From Mobula hypostoma (lineage: Eukaryota): a stretch of 64,000 bases of DNA. The translations under genes and the position numbers were made by a program. The stretch lies in NCBI RefSeq assembly GCF_963921235.1, contig NC_086097.1, positions 101,930,001-101,994,000 on the forward strand, in the 5' to 3' direction. Shown in pieces: positions 10,161 through 24,241 of the stretch; positions within the stretch are counted from its first letter, which is position 1; every line of letters begins with the position of its first letter. The notes beneath the pieces were generated by a model. That model was given only the letters and a program-made list of their open reading frames with translations. It searched no databases and was not told the DNA's origin.

Positions 10161-12463
10161 TATAGAAACATAGAAAACCTACAGCACAATACAGGCCCTT
10201 CAGCCCACAAAGTTGTGTCGAACATGTCCCTACCTTAGAAATTACCCATAGCCCTCTATTTTTCTAATCTCCATGTAACTGTCCAAAAGTCTCTTAAAAG
10301 ACTCTATCGTATCCACCTCCACCACCGTTGCCGGCAGCTCATTCCAAGGACTTACCACTCTCTGTGTAAAAATATTACCCCTGACATCTTCTCTGTATCT
10401 ACTCCCCAGCACCTTAAACCTGTGTCCTCTTGTGGCAACCATTTCAGCCCTGGGAAAAAGTCTCTCACTATCCACACAATCAATGCCTCTCATCATCTTA
10501 TAAACCTCTATCAGGTCACCTCTCATCCGCCGTCGCTCCAAGGAGAAAAGGCCGAATTCACTCAACCTATTTGCATAAGGCATGCTCCCCAATCCAGGCA
10601 ACATCCATGTAAATCTCCTTTGCACCCTTTCTATGGTTTCCACATCCTTCCTGTAGTGAGGCGACCAGAACTGAGTACAGTACTCCAAGTGGGATCTGAC
10701 CAGGGTCCTATATAGCTGCAATATTACCTCTCAGCTCCTAAATTCAATTCCATGATTAACGAAGTCCAATACACCGTATGCCTTTTTAACTACAGAGTCA
10801 ACCTGTGCAGCAGCTTTGAGTATCCTATGGACTTGGACCCCAAGATCCCTCTGATCCTCCACACTGCCAAGAGTCTTACCATTAATACTATATTCTGCCA
10901 TCATATTTGACCTACCAAACTGAACCACCTCACACTTATCTGGGTTGAACTCCATCTGCCACTTCTCAGCCCAGTTTTGCATCCCATCAATGTCCCGCTG
11001 TAACCTCTGACAGCCCTCCACACTATTCACAATGCCCCCAACCTTTGTGTCATCAGCAAACTTACTAACCCATCCCTCTGTTTCCTCATCCAGGTCAATT
11101 ATAAAAATCACGAAGAGTAAGGATCCCAGAACAGATCCCTGAGGCACCACTGGTCACCGACCTCCATGCAGAATATGACCTGTCCACAACCACTCTTTGC
11201 CTTCTGTGGGCAAGCCAGTTCTGGATCCACAAAGCAGTGTCCCCTTGGATCCCATGCTTCCTTACTTTCTCAATAAGCCTTGCATGAGATACCTTGTCAA
11301 AAGCCTTACTGAAATCTATATACACTACATCTACTGCTCTACCTTCATCAATGTGTTTAGACACATCCTCAAAAAATTCAATCAGGCTCGTAAGGCACAA
11401 CCTGCCCTTGGCAAAGCCCTGCTGACTATTCCTAATCATATTATACCTCCCCAAAATGTTCATAAATCCTGCTTCTCAGGATCTTCTCCATCAACTGAAG
11501 TAACACTCATCGGTCTATAATTTCCTGGGCTATTTCTACTCCCTTTCTTGAATAAGGGAACAACATCTGCAACCCTCCAATCCTCTGGAACCTCTCCCAT
11601 CCCCATTGATGATTCAAAGATCATCGCCAGAGACTCAGCAATCTCCGCTCTTGCCTCCCACAGTAGCCTGGGGTACATTTCATCCAGTCCCGGCGACTTA
11701 TCCAACTTTACGCTTTCCAAAAGCTCCAGCACATCCTCTTTCTTAATATCTACATGCTCAAGCTTTTCAGTCTGCTGCAAGTCATCACTACAATCACCAA
11801 GATCCTTTTCCATAGTGAATACTGAAGTAAAGTATTCATTAAGTACCTCTGCTATTTCCTCCAGTTCCATACGCACTTTCCCACTGTCACACTTGATAGG
11901 TCCTATTCTTTCATGTCTTATCCTCTTGCTCTTCACATACTTGTAGAATGCCTTGGGGTTTTCTTTAATCCTGCCTGCCAAGGCCTTGTCACGGCCTCTT
12001 CTGGCTCTCCTAATTTCCTTCTTAAGCTCCTTCCTGTTAGCCTTATAATCTACTAGATCTCTAACATTACCTAGCTCTCTGGACCTTTTGTAAGCTTTTC
12101 TTTTCTTTTTGACTAAATTTATTACAGCCTTTGTACACCACAATTCCTGTACCATACCATAACTTCCCTGTCTCATTGGAACGTACCTATGCAGAACTCC
12201 ACACAAATATCCCCTGAACATTTGCCACATTTCTTCTGTACTTTTCCCTGAAAACATCTGTTCCCAATTTAAGCTTCCAATTTCCTGCCTGATAGCATCA
12301 TAATTCCCCTTACTCCAATTAAACGCTTTTCTAACCTGTCTGTTCCAATCTCTCTCCAATGCTATTGTAAAGGAGATAGAATTATGATCACTATCTCCAA
12401 AATGCTCTCCCACTGAGAGAAATGACACCTGACCAGGTTCATTTCCAAATACCAAATCAAGTA
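10161..12463 (-). mobile_element. CR1 LINE, ~2.3 kb, 5'-truncated and frameshifted, nested in another CR1
   Basis: LDLVF...SDHN, KSPGLDEMYPRLL, SQQGFAKGRLCLT, DFSKAFDKV, PQGSVLG, KFADDTK, HLEYC; atagaaac 8-bp tail. Confidence 0.93.
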
Positions 12464-12745
12464 CGTTATACGTCAATGATTTGGATGATATAATTGATGG
12501 CCTTGTTGCAAAGTTTGCAGATGATATGAAGACCGGTGGAGGGGCAGGTAGTTTAAGGCAGTAGAGAGGCTACAGAAGGACAGACAGAATAGGAGAATGG
12601 GCAAAGAAGTGTCATACACTTTGGTAGAGGAAATGAAAGGGTTGACTATTTTCTAAACGGAGAGAAAATACAAAAACTGAGGCATACAGGGACCTGGGAG
12701 TCCCTTGCCCAGGATCCCTTAAAGGTTAATTTGCAGGTTGAATCT
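12464..12745 (+). mobile_element. CR1 LINE RT fragment, 3' continuation of 9830-10160
   Basis: TLYVNDLDD...AKFADDMK, then DLGV-like sequence further on. Confidence 0.8.
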
Positions 12746-12759
12746 GTGGCGAGAAGGCC

Positions 12760-15700
12760 ACGCTCCCCCTTGTCTCGCCAAGACGACACTCCCCGTTGTC
12801 ACACCGGGGCCACACTCCATGTTATCACACCGAGACGACACTCCCCATTGTCACACCGAGACGACACTCCCCATTGTCACGCCGAGACGACACTCCCCAT
12901 TGTCACGCCGAGACGAGAGTCCCCGTTGTCACACCGAGACGAGAGTCCCCGTTGTCACACCGAGACGACACTCCCCGTTGTCACGCCGAGACGACACTCC
13001 CCATTGTCACGCCGAGACGACACTCCCCATTGTCACACCGAGACGACACTCCCCATTGTCACGCCGAGACGACACTCCCCATTGTCACGCCGAGACGACA
13101 CTCCCCATTGTCACGCCGAGACGAGAGTCCCCGTTGTCACACCGGGGCCACACTCCACGTTATCACACCGAGACGACACTCCCCATTGTCACACCGAGAC
13201 GACACTCCCCGTTGTCACGCCGAGACGACACTCCCCATTGTCACGCCGGGGCCACACTCCACATCATCACGCCGAGACGACACTCCCCATTGTCACGCCG
13301 AGACGACACTCCCCATTGTCACGCCGAGACGACACTCCCCATTGTCACGCCGAGACGAGAGTCCCCGTTGTCACACCGGGGCCACACTCCCCATTGTCAC
13401 ACCGAGACGACACTCCCCATTGTCACACCGAGACGACACTCCCCATTGTCACGCCGAGACGACACTCCCCGTTGTCACACCGGGGCCACACTCCCCATTG
13501 TCACACCGAGACGACACTCCCCATTGTCACGCCGAGACGACACTCCCCGTTGTCACACCGGGGCCACACTCCATGTTATCACACCGAGACGACACTCCCC
13601 ATTGTCACACCGAGACGACACTCCCCATTGTCACACCGAGACGACACTCCCCATTGTCACGCCGAGACGACACTCCCCATTGTCACGCCGAGACGACACT
13701 CCCCATTGTCACACCGAGACGACGCTCCCCCTTGTCTCGCCAAGACGACACTCCCCGTTGTCACACCGGGGCCACACTCCATGTTATCACACCGAGACGA
13801 CACTCCCCATTGTCACACCGAGACGACACTCCCCGTTGTCACACTGAGACGACACTCCCCATTGTCACGCCGAGACGACACTCCCCATTGTCACACCGAG
13901 ACGACACTCCCCATTGTCACGCCGAGACGACACTCCCCATTGTCACGCCGAGACGACACTCCCCGTTGTCACACCGAGACGAGAGTCCCCGTTGTCACAC
14001 CGGGGCCACACTCCACGTTATCACACCGAGACGACACTCCCCATTGTCACACCGAGACGACACTCCCCATTGTCACGCCGAGACGACACTCCCCATTGTC
14101 ACGCCGGGGCCACACTCCGCGTTATCACACCGAGACGACACTCCCCATTGTCACGCCGAGACGACACTCCCCATTGTCACGCCGAGACGACACTCCCCGT
14201 TGTCACACCGAGACGAGAGTCCCCGTTGTCACACCGGGGCCACACTCCACGTTATCACACCGAGACGACACTCCCCATTGTCACACCGAGACGACACTCC
14301 CCATTGTCACGCCGAGACGACACTCCCCATTGTCACGCCGGGGCCACACTCCGCGTTATCACACCGAGACGACACTCCCCATTGTCACGCCGAGATGACA
14401 CTCCCCATTGTCACGCCGGGGCCACACTCCGCGTTATCACACCGAGACGACACTCCCCATTGTCACGCCGAGATGACACTCCCCATTGTCACGCCGGGGC
14501 CACACTCCGCGTTATCACACCGAGACGACACTCCCCATTGTCACACCGAGACGACACTCCTCGTTGTCACACCGAGACGACACTCCCCATTGTCACGCCG
14601 AGACGACACTCCCCATTGTCACGCCGAGACGACACTCCCCATTGTCACGCCGAGACGACACTCCCCATTGTCACGCCGAGACGACACTCCCCGTTGTCAC
14701 ACCGAGACGAGAGTCCCCGTTGTCACACCGGGGCCACACTCCACGTTATCACACCGAGACACACTCCCCATTGTCACACCGAGACGACACTCCCCATTGT
14801 CACGCCGAGACGACACTCCCCATTGTCACGCCGGGGCCACACTCCGCGTTATCACACCGAGACGACACTCCCCATTGTCACGCCGAGATGACACTCCCCA
14901 TTGTCACGCCGGGGCCACACTCCGCGTTATCACACCGAGACGACACTCCCCATTGTCACGCCGAGATGACACTCCCCATTGTCACGCCGGGGCCACACTC
15001 CGCGTTATCACACCGAGACGACACTCCCCATTGTCACACCGAGACGACACTCCCCATTGTCACACCGAGACGACACTCCCCATTGTCACGCCGAGATGAC
15101 ACTCCCCATTGTCACGCCGGGGCCACACTCCGCGTTATCACACCGAGACACACTCCCCATTGTCACGCCGAGATGACACTCCCCGTTGTCACACTGGGGC
15201 CACACTCCCCATTATCACGCCGAGACGACACTCCCCATTGTCACGCCGAGACGACACTCCCCATTGTCACGCCGAGACGACACTCCCCATTGTCACGCCG
15301 AGATGACACTCCCCGTTGTCACGCCGAGATGACACTCCCCGTTGTCACGCCGAGATGACACTCCCCATTGTCACGCCGGGGCCACACTCCGCGTTATCAC
15401 ACTGAGACGACACTCCCCATTGTCACGCCGGGGCCACACTCCCCATTGTCACACCGAGACGACACTCCCCATTGTCACACCGAGACGACACTCCCCATTG
15501 TCACGCCGAGATGACACTCCCCATTGTCACGCCGGGGCCACACTCCGCGTTATCACACCGAGACGACACTCCCCATTGTCACGCCGAGATGACACTCCCC
15601 ATTGTCACGCCGGGGCCACACTCCGCGTTATCACACCGAGACGACACTCCCCATTGTCACACCGAGACGACACTCCCCATTGTCACACCGAGACGACACT

Positions 15701-17037
15701 CCCCATTGTCACGCCGAGATGACACTCCCCATTGTCACGCCGGGGCCACACTCCGCGTTATCACACCGAGACACACTCCCCATTGTCACGCCGAGATGAC
15801 ACTCCCCGTTGTCACACTGGGGCCACACTCCCCGTTATCACGCCGAGACGACACTCCCCATTGTCACGCCGAGACGACACTCCCCATTGTCACGCCGAGA
15901 CGACACTCCCCATTGTCACGCCGAGATGACACTCCCCGTTGTCACGCCGAGATGACACTCCCCGTTGTCACGCCGAGATGACACTCCCCATTGTCACGCC
16001 GGGGCCACACTCCGCGTTATCACACTGAGACGACACTCCCCATTGTCACGCCGGGGCCACACTCCCCATTGTCACACCGAGACGACACTCCCCATTGTCA
16101 CACCGAGACGACACTCCCCATTGTCACGCCGAGATGACACTCCCCATTGTCACGCCGGGGCCACACTCCCCATTGTCACACCGAGACGACACTCCCCATT
16201 GTCACACCGAGACGACACTCCCCATTGTCACGCCGAGACGACACTCCCCGTTATCACGCCGAGACGACACTCCCCGTTGTCACGCCGAGACGACACTCCC
16301 CATTGTCACGCCGAGACGACACTCCCCGTTGTCACGCCGAGACGACACTCCCCGTTGTCACGCCGAGACGACACTCCCCATTGTCACGCCGAGACGACAC
16401 TCCCCATTGTCACGCCGAGACGACACTCCCCATTGTCACGCCGGGGCCACACTCCGCGTTATCACGCCGAGACGACACTCCCCGTTGTCTCGCCAAGACG
16501 ACACTCCTCGTTGTCACACCGGGGCCACACTCCATGTTACCACACCGAGACGACACTCCCCGTTGTCACACTGAGACGACACTCCCCATTGTCACGCCGA
16601 GACGAGAGTCCCCGTTGTCACACCGGGGCCACACTCCCCATTGTCACGCCGAGACGACACTCCCCATTGTCACACCGAGACGACACTCCCCATTGTCACG
16701 CCGAGACGACACTCCCCGTTGTTACGCCAAGATGACACTCCCCGTTGTCACACTGGGGCCACACTCCCCATTGTCACGCCGAGACGACACTCCCCGTTGT
16801 TACACCAAGATGACACTCCCCATTGTCACGCCGAGACGACACTCCCCGTTGTTACACCAAGATGACACTCCCCGTTGTCACACTGGGGCCACACTCCCCG
16901 TTGTCACACTGGGGCCACACTCCCCGTTATCACGCCGAGACGACACTCCCCGTTGTCACACTGAGACGACATTCCCCGTTGTCACGCCGAGACGATGCTC
17001 CGTTATCACGCCGGGGCCACACTCCCCGTTGTCACAT
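12760..17037. repeat. 26-bp minisatellite array, ~165 units, with higher-order duplications
   Basis: Unit gtcacaccgagacgacactccccatt. Matching ORF starts recur 623 bp apart (14979/15602, 15109/15732, 15342/15965, 15472/16095). Confidence 0.95.
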
Positions 17038-17644
17038 TGGAAAGATCGGTTGTGGGCCAAGTTGAGGTAGCAGGGCCCAGGCCTGAGTGCATATTGAAGT
17101 ATCAGGGTCCAGGTTGGAGTGAGGTATACGGCCCGCTTTTGGCGGATTTAAGCACCATGGCAGATTGGACGTATCAGGTATAAGCCAAATCGAGGCAGCG
17201 TGGCCTGGGCTGGAGGGTGTATTGAAGCAGTCGAGCCTGCTTCCAAGATCAACCAATGACCGGAGGTTTGGCTGACTTAAGCACCTGACCAGTTTGAAAA
17301 GGTCAGCGTGTCAGGGCCAGAGGAGAGGGACGGCTAGTGTTCAGCTTGTTTCTCTACAAGCTTTACTTGTTTCTGCACTGAACCAGGGCTGTGTTCTGCA
17401 GCCAGCAGGGTCCTGGATTGGCTGCTCTGATGTCTGGCTTGTGTCTGTGGACTCACCTTCGAGACCTTCAGGTCTGAATTTTATTTGCTTCCTGCTATTG
17501 TTTGCACGATTCCCTACAGATTGGGTGTTTGATGGCTTTCTTTGTTTAATGGGTTTTAACGGGTTTCTTTGTTTTGTGGCTGCTTGTAAAGTGATAAGTC
17601 TCAAGGTAGATTACAAAGTAGTGTGAATTGTGTAACAATTGCAA

Positions 17645-18247
17645 TGATGTTCCCCACTGTACTCAGACAGTACCCCCCCACTTAACATTGTGACGATGTT
17701 CCCCACTGTACTCAGACAGTACCCCCCCACTTAACATTGTGACGATGCTCCCCACTGTACTCAGACAGTACCCCCCCACTTAACATTGTGACGATGCTCC
17801 CCACTGTACTCAGACAGTACCCCCCCACTTAACATTGTGACAATGCTCCCCACTGTACTCAGACAGTACCCCCCCACTTAACATTGTGACGATGCTCCCC
17901 ACTGTACTCAGACAGTACCCCCCCACTTAACATTGTGACGATGCTCCCCACTGTACTCAGACAGTACCCCCCCACTTAACATTGTGACGATGCTCCCCAC
18001 TGTACTCAGACAGTACCCCCCCACTTAACATTGTGACGATGCTCCCCACTGTACTCAGACAGTACCCCCCCACTTAACATTGTGACGATGCTCCCCACTG
18101 TACTCAGACAGTACCCCCCCACTTAACATTGTGACGATGCTCCCCACTGTACTCAGACAGTACCCCCCCACTTAACATTGTGACGATGCTCCCCACTGTA
18201 CTCAGACAGTACCCCCCCACTTAACATTGTGACGATGCTCCCCACTG
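17645..18247. repeat. 49-bp minisatellite, ~12 near-identical units
   Basis: actcag recurs at 17661, 17710 and 17759. Unit gatgctccccactgtactcagacagtacccccccacttaacattgtgac. Confidence 0.92.
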
Positions 18248-18341
18248 CTGCAACATTGGGAGACAGCTGCCTGGTGTGACATTGGGGAGATGTTTGCTGA
18301 GACGATGCTCCCCACTGTAACACTGAGGCAATACTCTATAC

Positions 18342-20754
18342 CAGTGTTTCCCAACCTTTTATAGCCCAACACCCCCCCCGCCCTTAAGCACCTTCATACT
18401 TGCCAAAGCCCCTCGTAGGCTCAATATACTTTCCAGCTCCCTCATAGTGTAATAACATGTCTACCACATGCTAACACAAGAAAAATTAATCTGCTTTAAA
18501 TGTTTATGTCTTTAAACCTAGCCTACACAGTACCCATGTGCTGCACAACAGCTTCGATATAATGTGATCCTTGAGCTTGATGGTTTTAGCAAAAGTTGAA
18601 ATATCTGGTTCAAGCTGTGACAGCAAAAGCCTTAAGTCCCTAAGAGTAACAATATCCAAGTTTCTGTTTTTGTGAGCATGTGGTTCACTGCACTGAAGCC
18701 TCTTTCAATGAGGTAGGAGCATGGAAATGCAATGAAAAGCAGCTTGGCTCTTCTCCAAAGACCAGGAAACTTCATGTGACAGTGTTGCCACATTTGAAGG
18801 CAGAATACAGTATTAAAGGTAAGACCCTTGACAGTGTGGAGTATTCAAGGGATTTTGGAGTTCTTGTCCATAGGACACTCAAAGCTGCTGCACTGGAATG
18901 ATGTGGATGCTATAGAGAGAGTGCAGAAGAGATTTACAAGGATGTTGCCTGGATTGGAGAGCATACTTTATGAGAATAGGGGGGAAAAATTTTTTTTCTT
19001 CTTCATTATTCTGAATTTCGATAATTTCTTTCAAGCTTTCTTCTTGTTTTTCCACCTTGCAGTTTGGAATTTCCAGATCATTCAAATCCTTTAATCGGTT
19101 CTGAAAATGTTTCTTCAGTGACAGTAGATGGAAGCAGTGCTCTTGCAAATCATCATCTGCGAAAGATAGTGCTGTACTTTCCACGCAGGGAACATTCTTC
19201 TCCCAATATTTTCCTTGTATATTTCCAGCTTTCTGCTTAAAGTGGACACTGCACTTTTTACCTGGATTAAACTGAAATTCTCACCCTGCAGTTTCATATT
19301 TTGAATGTTAATTTTGTCATACAGATCAGCTAGATATGCCACATCTCCACGTAGAAGTTCAATCTTGTTTCCCAAGCTCCTGTCAACTTTGAGCAAAAAT
19401 TCAACCACAGTGTCAGAAAGATCAAAAAAACATTTTAAGCAGCGGCCTTTTGACAGCCAGTGCACTTCAGTGTGCAGAAGCAAGTCTTCAAACTCTTCAT
19501 TGTTATCCTGACATAACTGGCAAAATATTCTGCTGTTTAATGGATGAACTTTAATTTTGTTGACAGCAGATACTACAAGAGTCATGCTTGAAAAATGTTG
19601 TTGGCTGAGGTTTTCGTCTGCGCGATGTTGACGATAAATTATACAATGGATTGCAAGAAGACTTCTTTATTTCTTTAATTTCTTTATTCATGAATGCCAC
19701 TAAACCAGCATGGCGACCGATCACATGTGGTGGTCCATCTGTTGCACAAGAAATCATGTTCCTAATTGGAATATTTTTATCCTCAATAAACATTTTGAGC
19801 TCATCGTAGATTGATTCTCCGTTGATATTTGTTTTTAACTTTTTACAAAAGAGAATCTCTTCATAAACTTTTCCAATTTTGATAAACTATACATATGCCA
19901 TTAGCAATGCCTTCTTATCCGGAAGCAATTGACTCATTCAGTTGTATCCCAAATTCTGCTTTTTGTAGCTCTGTGCATTGTTGATACGCAATGCCTTCAC
20001 TCATTTTGTCATTACGAAGAGCTGCAGAGTTATTACTCAGAAGAATTGATCTTAAAATACTGATATCCATTTTGAGAACAGTCGTAAGCACTTTTGATTC
20101 AGCAGGCATTATTAATCTTTCAGCAGTTGTATGTGATTTTTCACACTTTGCAATCACTTTGGAAATGTTGTAAAAAGCAAGGAGACCATTATCAAGGTCA
20201 TCTTTAGCTTTCTTGGCAAATGACTCGAGTGTGCAATGCTTTTCAAATGCTTCTTTCATCTTCTGGAACTGAGTAATACCACAAGTAGCCTTTCAGGGAG
20301 ACTTTTGCGGAAGTGTTCCTGCAATCTTCATTAGCTTCTTCAGACAGTCCAGTACAGTATTACAAATAAGACACATGGGGTGTCTGTGATCTGATGGGAA
20401 TGGAATAAAATTATACTCCAGGTATGTAACATTGTATTGACACACTTTCTGTAGTTACTGTTTCTTAGCTGGAGTAGAGTTCAAGTCTTCACCGCCTTCA
20501 GACTCAGAGATCATGACGTACATATTTATCCATCATTAATGGGGCTAAATTGAAATTAAAAAATCACTCAAACTTGGAATGCCTTTCAGATGTTGATGAC
20601 GGCAGCGAATTGACACGGTTGGTCAGGTCTCATGCCTCAAGTTAGGGAGCTGCTTACCACCCCCCTCACCCAAGAATCTGGAACATCCCCTGACAACTCC
20701 TATTTCCCCCAATGCCCCCTAAACACATGTAACTGCCCTCGTCGGGAATCACTG
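18342..20754 (-). mobile_element. hAT DNA transposon (Buster/Charlie, ZBED8/SCAND3-like transposase), decayed, with a CR1 fragment inserted at ~18790-18985
   Basis: TIRs CAGTGTTTCCCAAC (18342) and GTCGGGAATCACTG (20741-20754). Decayed 8-bp TSD ctctatac/ttcaacac. Transposase motifs KSHTTAERLIMPA, SCATDG, LLLHTEVHWLSKG, VAYLADLY. Confidence 0.9.
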
Positions 20755-20829
20755 TTCAACACAGTAGCGTTAAGACCCTGCTCTCTATTGTAATAATGTG
20801 ACAATGTGTAACATTGCAAGAGTGCTACC

Positions 20830-23797
20830 TGACAAATGTTCCCCACAGTAACGCCGAGACAGTACTCCCCAGTGTAACGAGGAGATAGTGCTCCCCAGTG
20901 TAACACCGAGACAATGCTCCCCAGTGTAACGATGAGACAATGTTCCCCACAGTAACGCCCAGACAGTACTCCCCAGTGTAATGAGGAGATAGTGCTCCCC
21001 AGTGTAACACCGAGACAATGCTCCCCAGTGTAACGATGAGACAATACTCCCCCCAGTAACGCCGAGACAGTACTCCCCAGTGTAACGCCGAGACAGTACT
21101 CCCCAGTGTAACGCCGAGACAACGCTCCTCAGTGTAACGCCGAGACAACGCTCCCCAGTGTAATGACGAGACAACACTCCCCAGTGTAACGCCGAGACAG
21201 TACTCCCCAGTGTAACGCCGAGACAACGCTCCTCAGTGTAACGCCGAGACAACGCTCCCCAGTGTAATGACGAGACAACACTCCCCAGTGTAACGCCGAG
21301 ACAGTACTCCCCAGTGTAACGCCGAGACAACGCTCCTCAGTGTAACGCCGAGACAACGCTCCCCAGTGTAATGACGAGACAACACTCCCCAGTGTAACGC
21401 CGAGACAGTACTCCCCAGTGTAACGACGAGACAATGTTCCCCACAGTAACGCCGAGACAGTACTCCCCAGTGTAACGACGAGACAATACTCCCCACAGTA
21501 ACACCGAGACAGTACTCCCCAGTGTAACGCCGAGACAGTACTCCCCAGTGTAACGCCGAGACAGTACTCCCCAGTGTAACGCCGAGACAGTACTCCCCAG
21601 TGTAATGAGACAACACTCCCCAGTGTAACGCCGAGACAGTACTCCCCAGTGTAACGACGAGACAATGTTCCCCACAGTAACGCCCAGACAGTACTCCCCA
21701 GTGTAATGAGGAGATAGTGCTCCCCAGTGTAACACCGAGACAATGCTCCCCAGTGTAACGATGAGACAATACTCCCCCCAGTAACGCCGAGACAGTACTC
21801 CCCAGTGTAACGCCGAGACAGTACTCCCCAGTGTAACGCCGAGACAACGCTCCTCAGTGTAACGCCGAGACAACGCTCCCCAGTGTAATGACGAGACAAC
21901 ACTCCCCAGTGTAACGCCGAGACAGTACTCCCCAGTGTAACGACGAGACAATGTTCCCCACAGTAACGCCGAGACAGTACTCCCCAGTGTAACGACGAGA
22001 CAATACTCCCCACAGTAACACCGAGACAGTACTCCCCAGTGTAACGCCGAGACAGTACTCCCCAGTGTAACGCCGAGACAGTACTCCCCAGTGTAATGAG
22101 ACAACACTCCCCAGTGTAACGCCGAGACAGTACTCCCCAGTGTAACGACGAGACAATGTTCCCCACAGTAACGCCGAGACAGTACTCCCCAGTGTAACGA
22201 CGAGACAATACTCCCCACAGTAACGCCAAGACAACGCTCCCCAGTGTAATGCCGAGACAGTACTCCCCAGTGTAATGACGAGACAGTACTCCCCAGTGTA
22301 ACGACGAGACAATGTTCCCCACAGTAACGCTGAGACAGTACTCCCCAGTGTAATGACGAGACAGTACTCCCCAGTGTAACGACGAGACAATGTTCCCCAC
22401 AGTAACGCTGAGACAGTACTCCCCAGTGTAATGACGAGACAGTACTCCCCAGTGTAACGACGAGACAATGTTCCCCACAGTAACGCCGAGACAGCACTCC
22501 CCAGTGTAATGACGAGACAATACTCCCCAGTGTAACACCGAGACAACGCTCCCCACGGAAATGCTGAGACAATGCTCCACACGGTAACATTCAGACAGTG
22601 CTCCCCACAGTAACGCCGAGACAATACTCCCCACGGTAACGCCAAGACAACGCTCCACAGTGTAACGACAAGACAACGCTCCACAGTGTAACGACAAGAC
22701 AGTGCTCCCCATGATAACGCCAAGACAATGCTCCACATAGTAACGCCGAGACAGTACTCCCCAGTGTAACACCGAGACAACGCTCCCCAATGTGATGATG
22801 AGACAATACTCCCCACGATAACGCCGAGATGATGCTCTCCATGATAACGCCAAGACAGTGCTTCCCAGTGTAATGCCGAGACAACGCTCCCCACGGTAAC
22901 GCCAAGACAATGCTCCACATGGTAATGCCAAGACAACACTCCCCACAGTGATGCCGAGACAACGCTCCACACGGTAATGTCGTCACAACGCTCCACACGG
23001 TAACGCCGAGACAACGCTCCCCAGTGTAACGCCGAGATAACGCTCCCCACGGTAACGCTGACACAACGCTCCACACGGTAATGCCGAGACAATGCTCCAC
23101 ACGGTAACGACAACGCTCCCCAGTGTAACGCCGAGACAACGCTCACCAGCGTGACACCGAGACATTGTTCCCCAAGGTAACGCCGAGACAATGCTCCACA
23201 TGGTAATACCGAGACAGTACTCCCCACGGTAACGCAGAGTCAGTACTTCCCACGGTAACACTGAGACAACGTTCCACACGGTAACGACAAGACAATGCTC
23301 CCCAGTGTAACGAGGTGACCACGTTCCACACGGTAATGCCGAGACAGTGCTCCCCACAGTAACGATGAGACAATGCTCCCCAGTGTAACGACAAGACAAT
23401 GCTCCCCAAGGTAACACCAAGGCAGTGCTCCCCATGGTAACGCTGAGAGAACGTTCCCCATGGTAACGCCGAGACACCACTCCCCAGTGTAACGCCGAGA
23501 GAACGTTCCCCATGGTAACACTGAGACACCGCTCCCCAGTGTAACGCTGGGACATTTCTCCCCAGTGTAACGCCGAGACACCGCTCCCCAGTGTAACGCT
23601 GAGAGAACGCTCCCCAGTGTAACACTGAGACACCGCTCCCCAGTGTAACGCCGAGACACCGCTCCCCAGTGTAACGCTGAGACACCGCTCCCCAGTGTAA
23701 CGCCAAGACAACGCTCCCCACGGTAACGCTGAGACGTCACCCCCACGGTAACGATGAGACAACGCTCCCCACGGTAACGCTGAGACGTCGCCCCCAC
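20830..23797. repeat. 26-bp minisatellite array, ~113 units, same family as 12760-17037
   Basis: Unit gtaacgccgagacagtactccccagt. Homogeneous at left and centre, more diverged beyond ~22.5 kb. Confidence 0.95.
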
Positions 23798-23904
23798 TTT
23801 GAGAGAATACCATCTGCTGTAAGATTGGGACAATGTTGTTTGTTTGTTCAATTACGTGTTTATCATTGAGACACAGCATTGCATTGCATTGCATTGCCTC
23901 TCCA

Positions 23905-24113
23905 CTCTTGGAGCCACGCTGCCCAGAAAACCCCGATTTAACCCTAACCTCGTCACCAGACAATTTACAAAGACCAATTCGCCTACCAACCGCCATGTCT
24001 TTGGGAGAGAACCCACACAGATCGTACAAACTGCTCACAGGCAGTGCCAGGAATTAAATGGTGTGGCTGGTGTAGTGAAGCATTGTGCTAACCACTGTAA
24101 TGCTGTGCCACCA
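23905..24113 (-). mobile_element. Degenerate HE1/V-SINE-like SINE; related copies at ~29480-29740 and ~57660-57815
   Basis: Shared blocks (aaccctaacc, gtgctaaccact, aaacccacac, gtacaaact) among the three loci. A tRNA-like head (agtggttagcac) lies on the minus strand. Confidence 0.55.
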
Positions 24114-24142
24114 TGTTACATACTCGTCGTGTTAAGACAAAT

Positions 24143-24241
24143 AGCACTCTCCCAGTGTTAAGCAGGTAAAATTCTCCCAGTGTTACAGCTACCTGTGGTG
24201 ACATTGGGAGAATTTTACCTGCTTAACACTGGGAGAGTGCT
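24143..24241. repeat. Perfect 37-bp inverted repeat with a 25-nt spacer
   Basis: 24143-24179 agcactctcccagtgttaagcaggtaaaattctccca is the exact reverse complement of 24205-24241. Imperfect pairing extends to ~24119-24266. Confidence 0.95.

Noticed and set aside
12731..17070. Long ORFs (up to 767 aa) rich in R/H/T/P
   Set aside because: They are translations of a stop-poor 26-bp repeat, open in all three frames, with a unit length not divisible by 3.
18879..20259. Domesticated ZBED8/SCAND3-like host gene
   Set aside because: Frameshifted, interrupted by CR1 and bounded by TIRs, so it is a dead transposon.
20700..24038. Long minus-strand ORFs (up to 613 aa)
   Set aside because: Same 26-bp minisatellite artefact.
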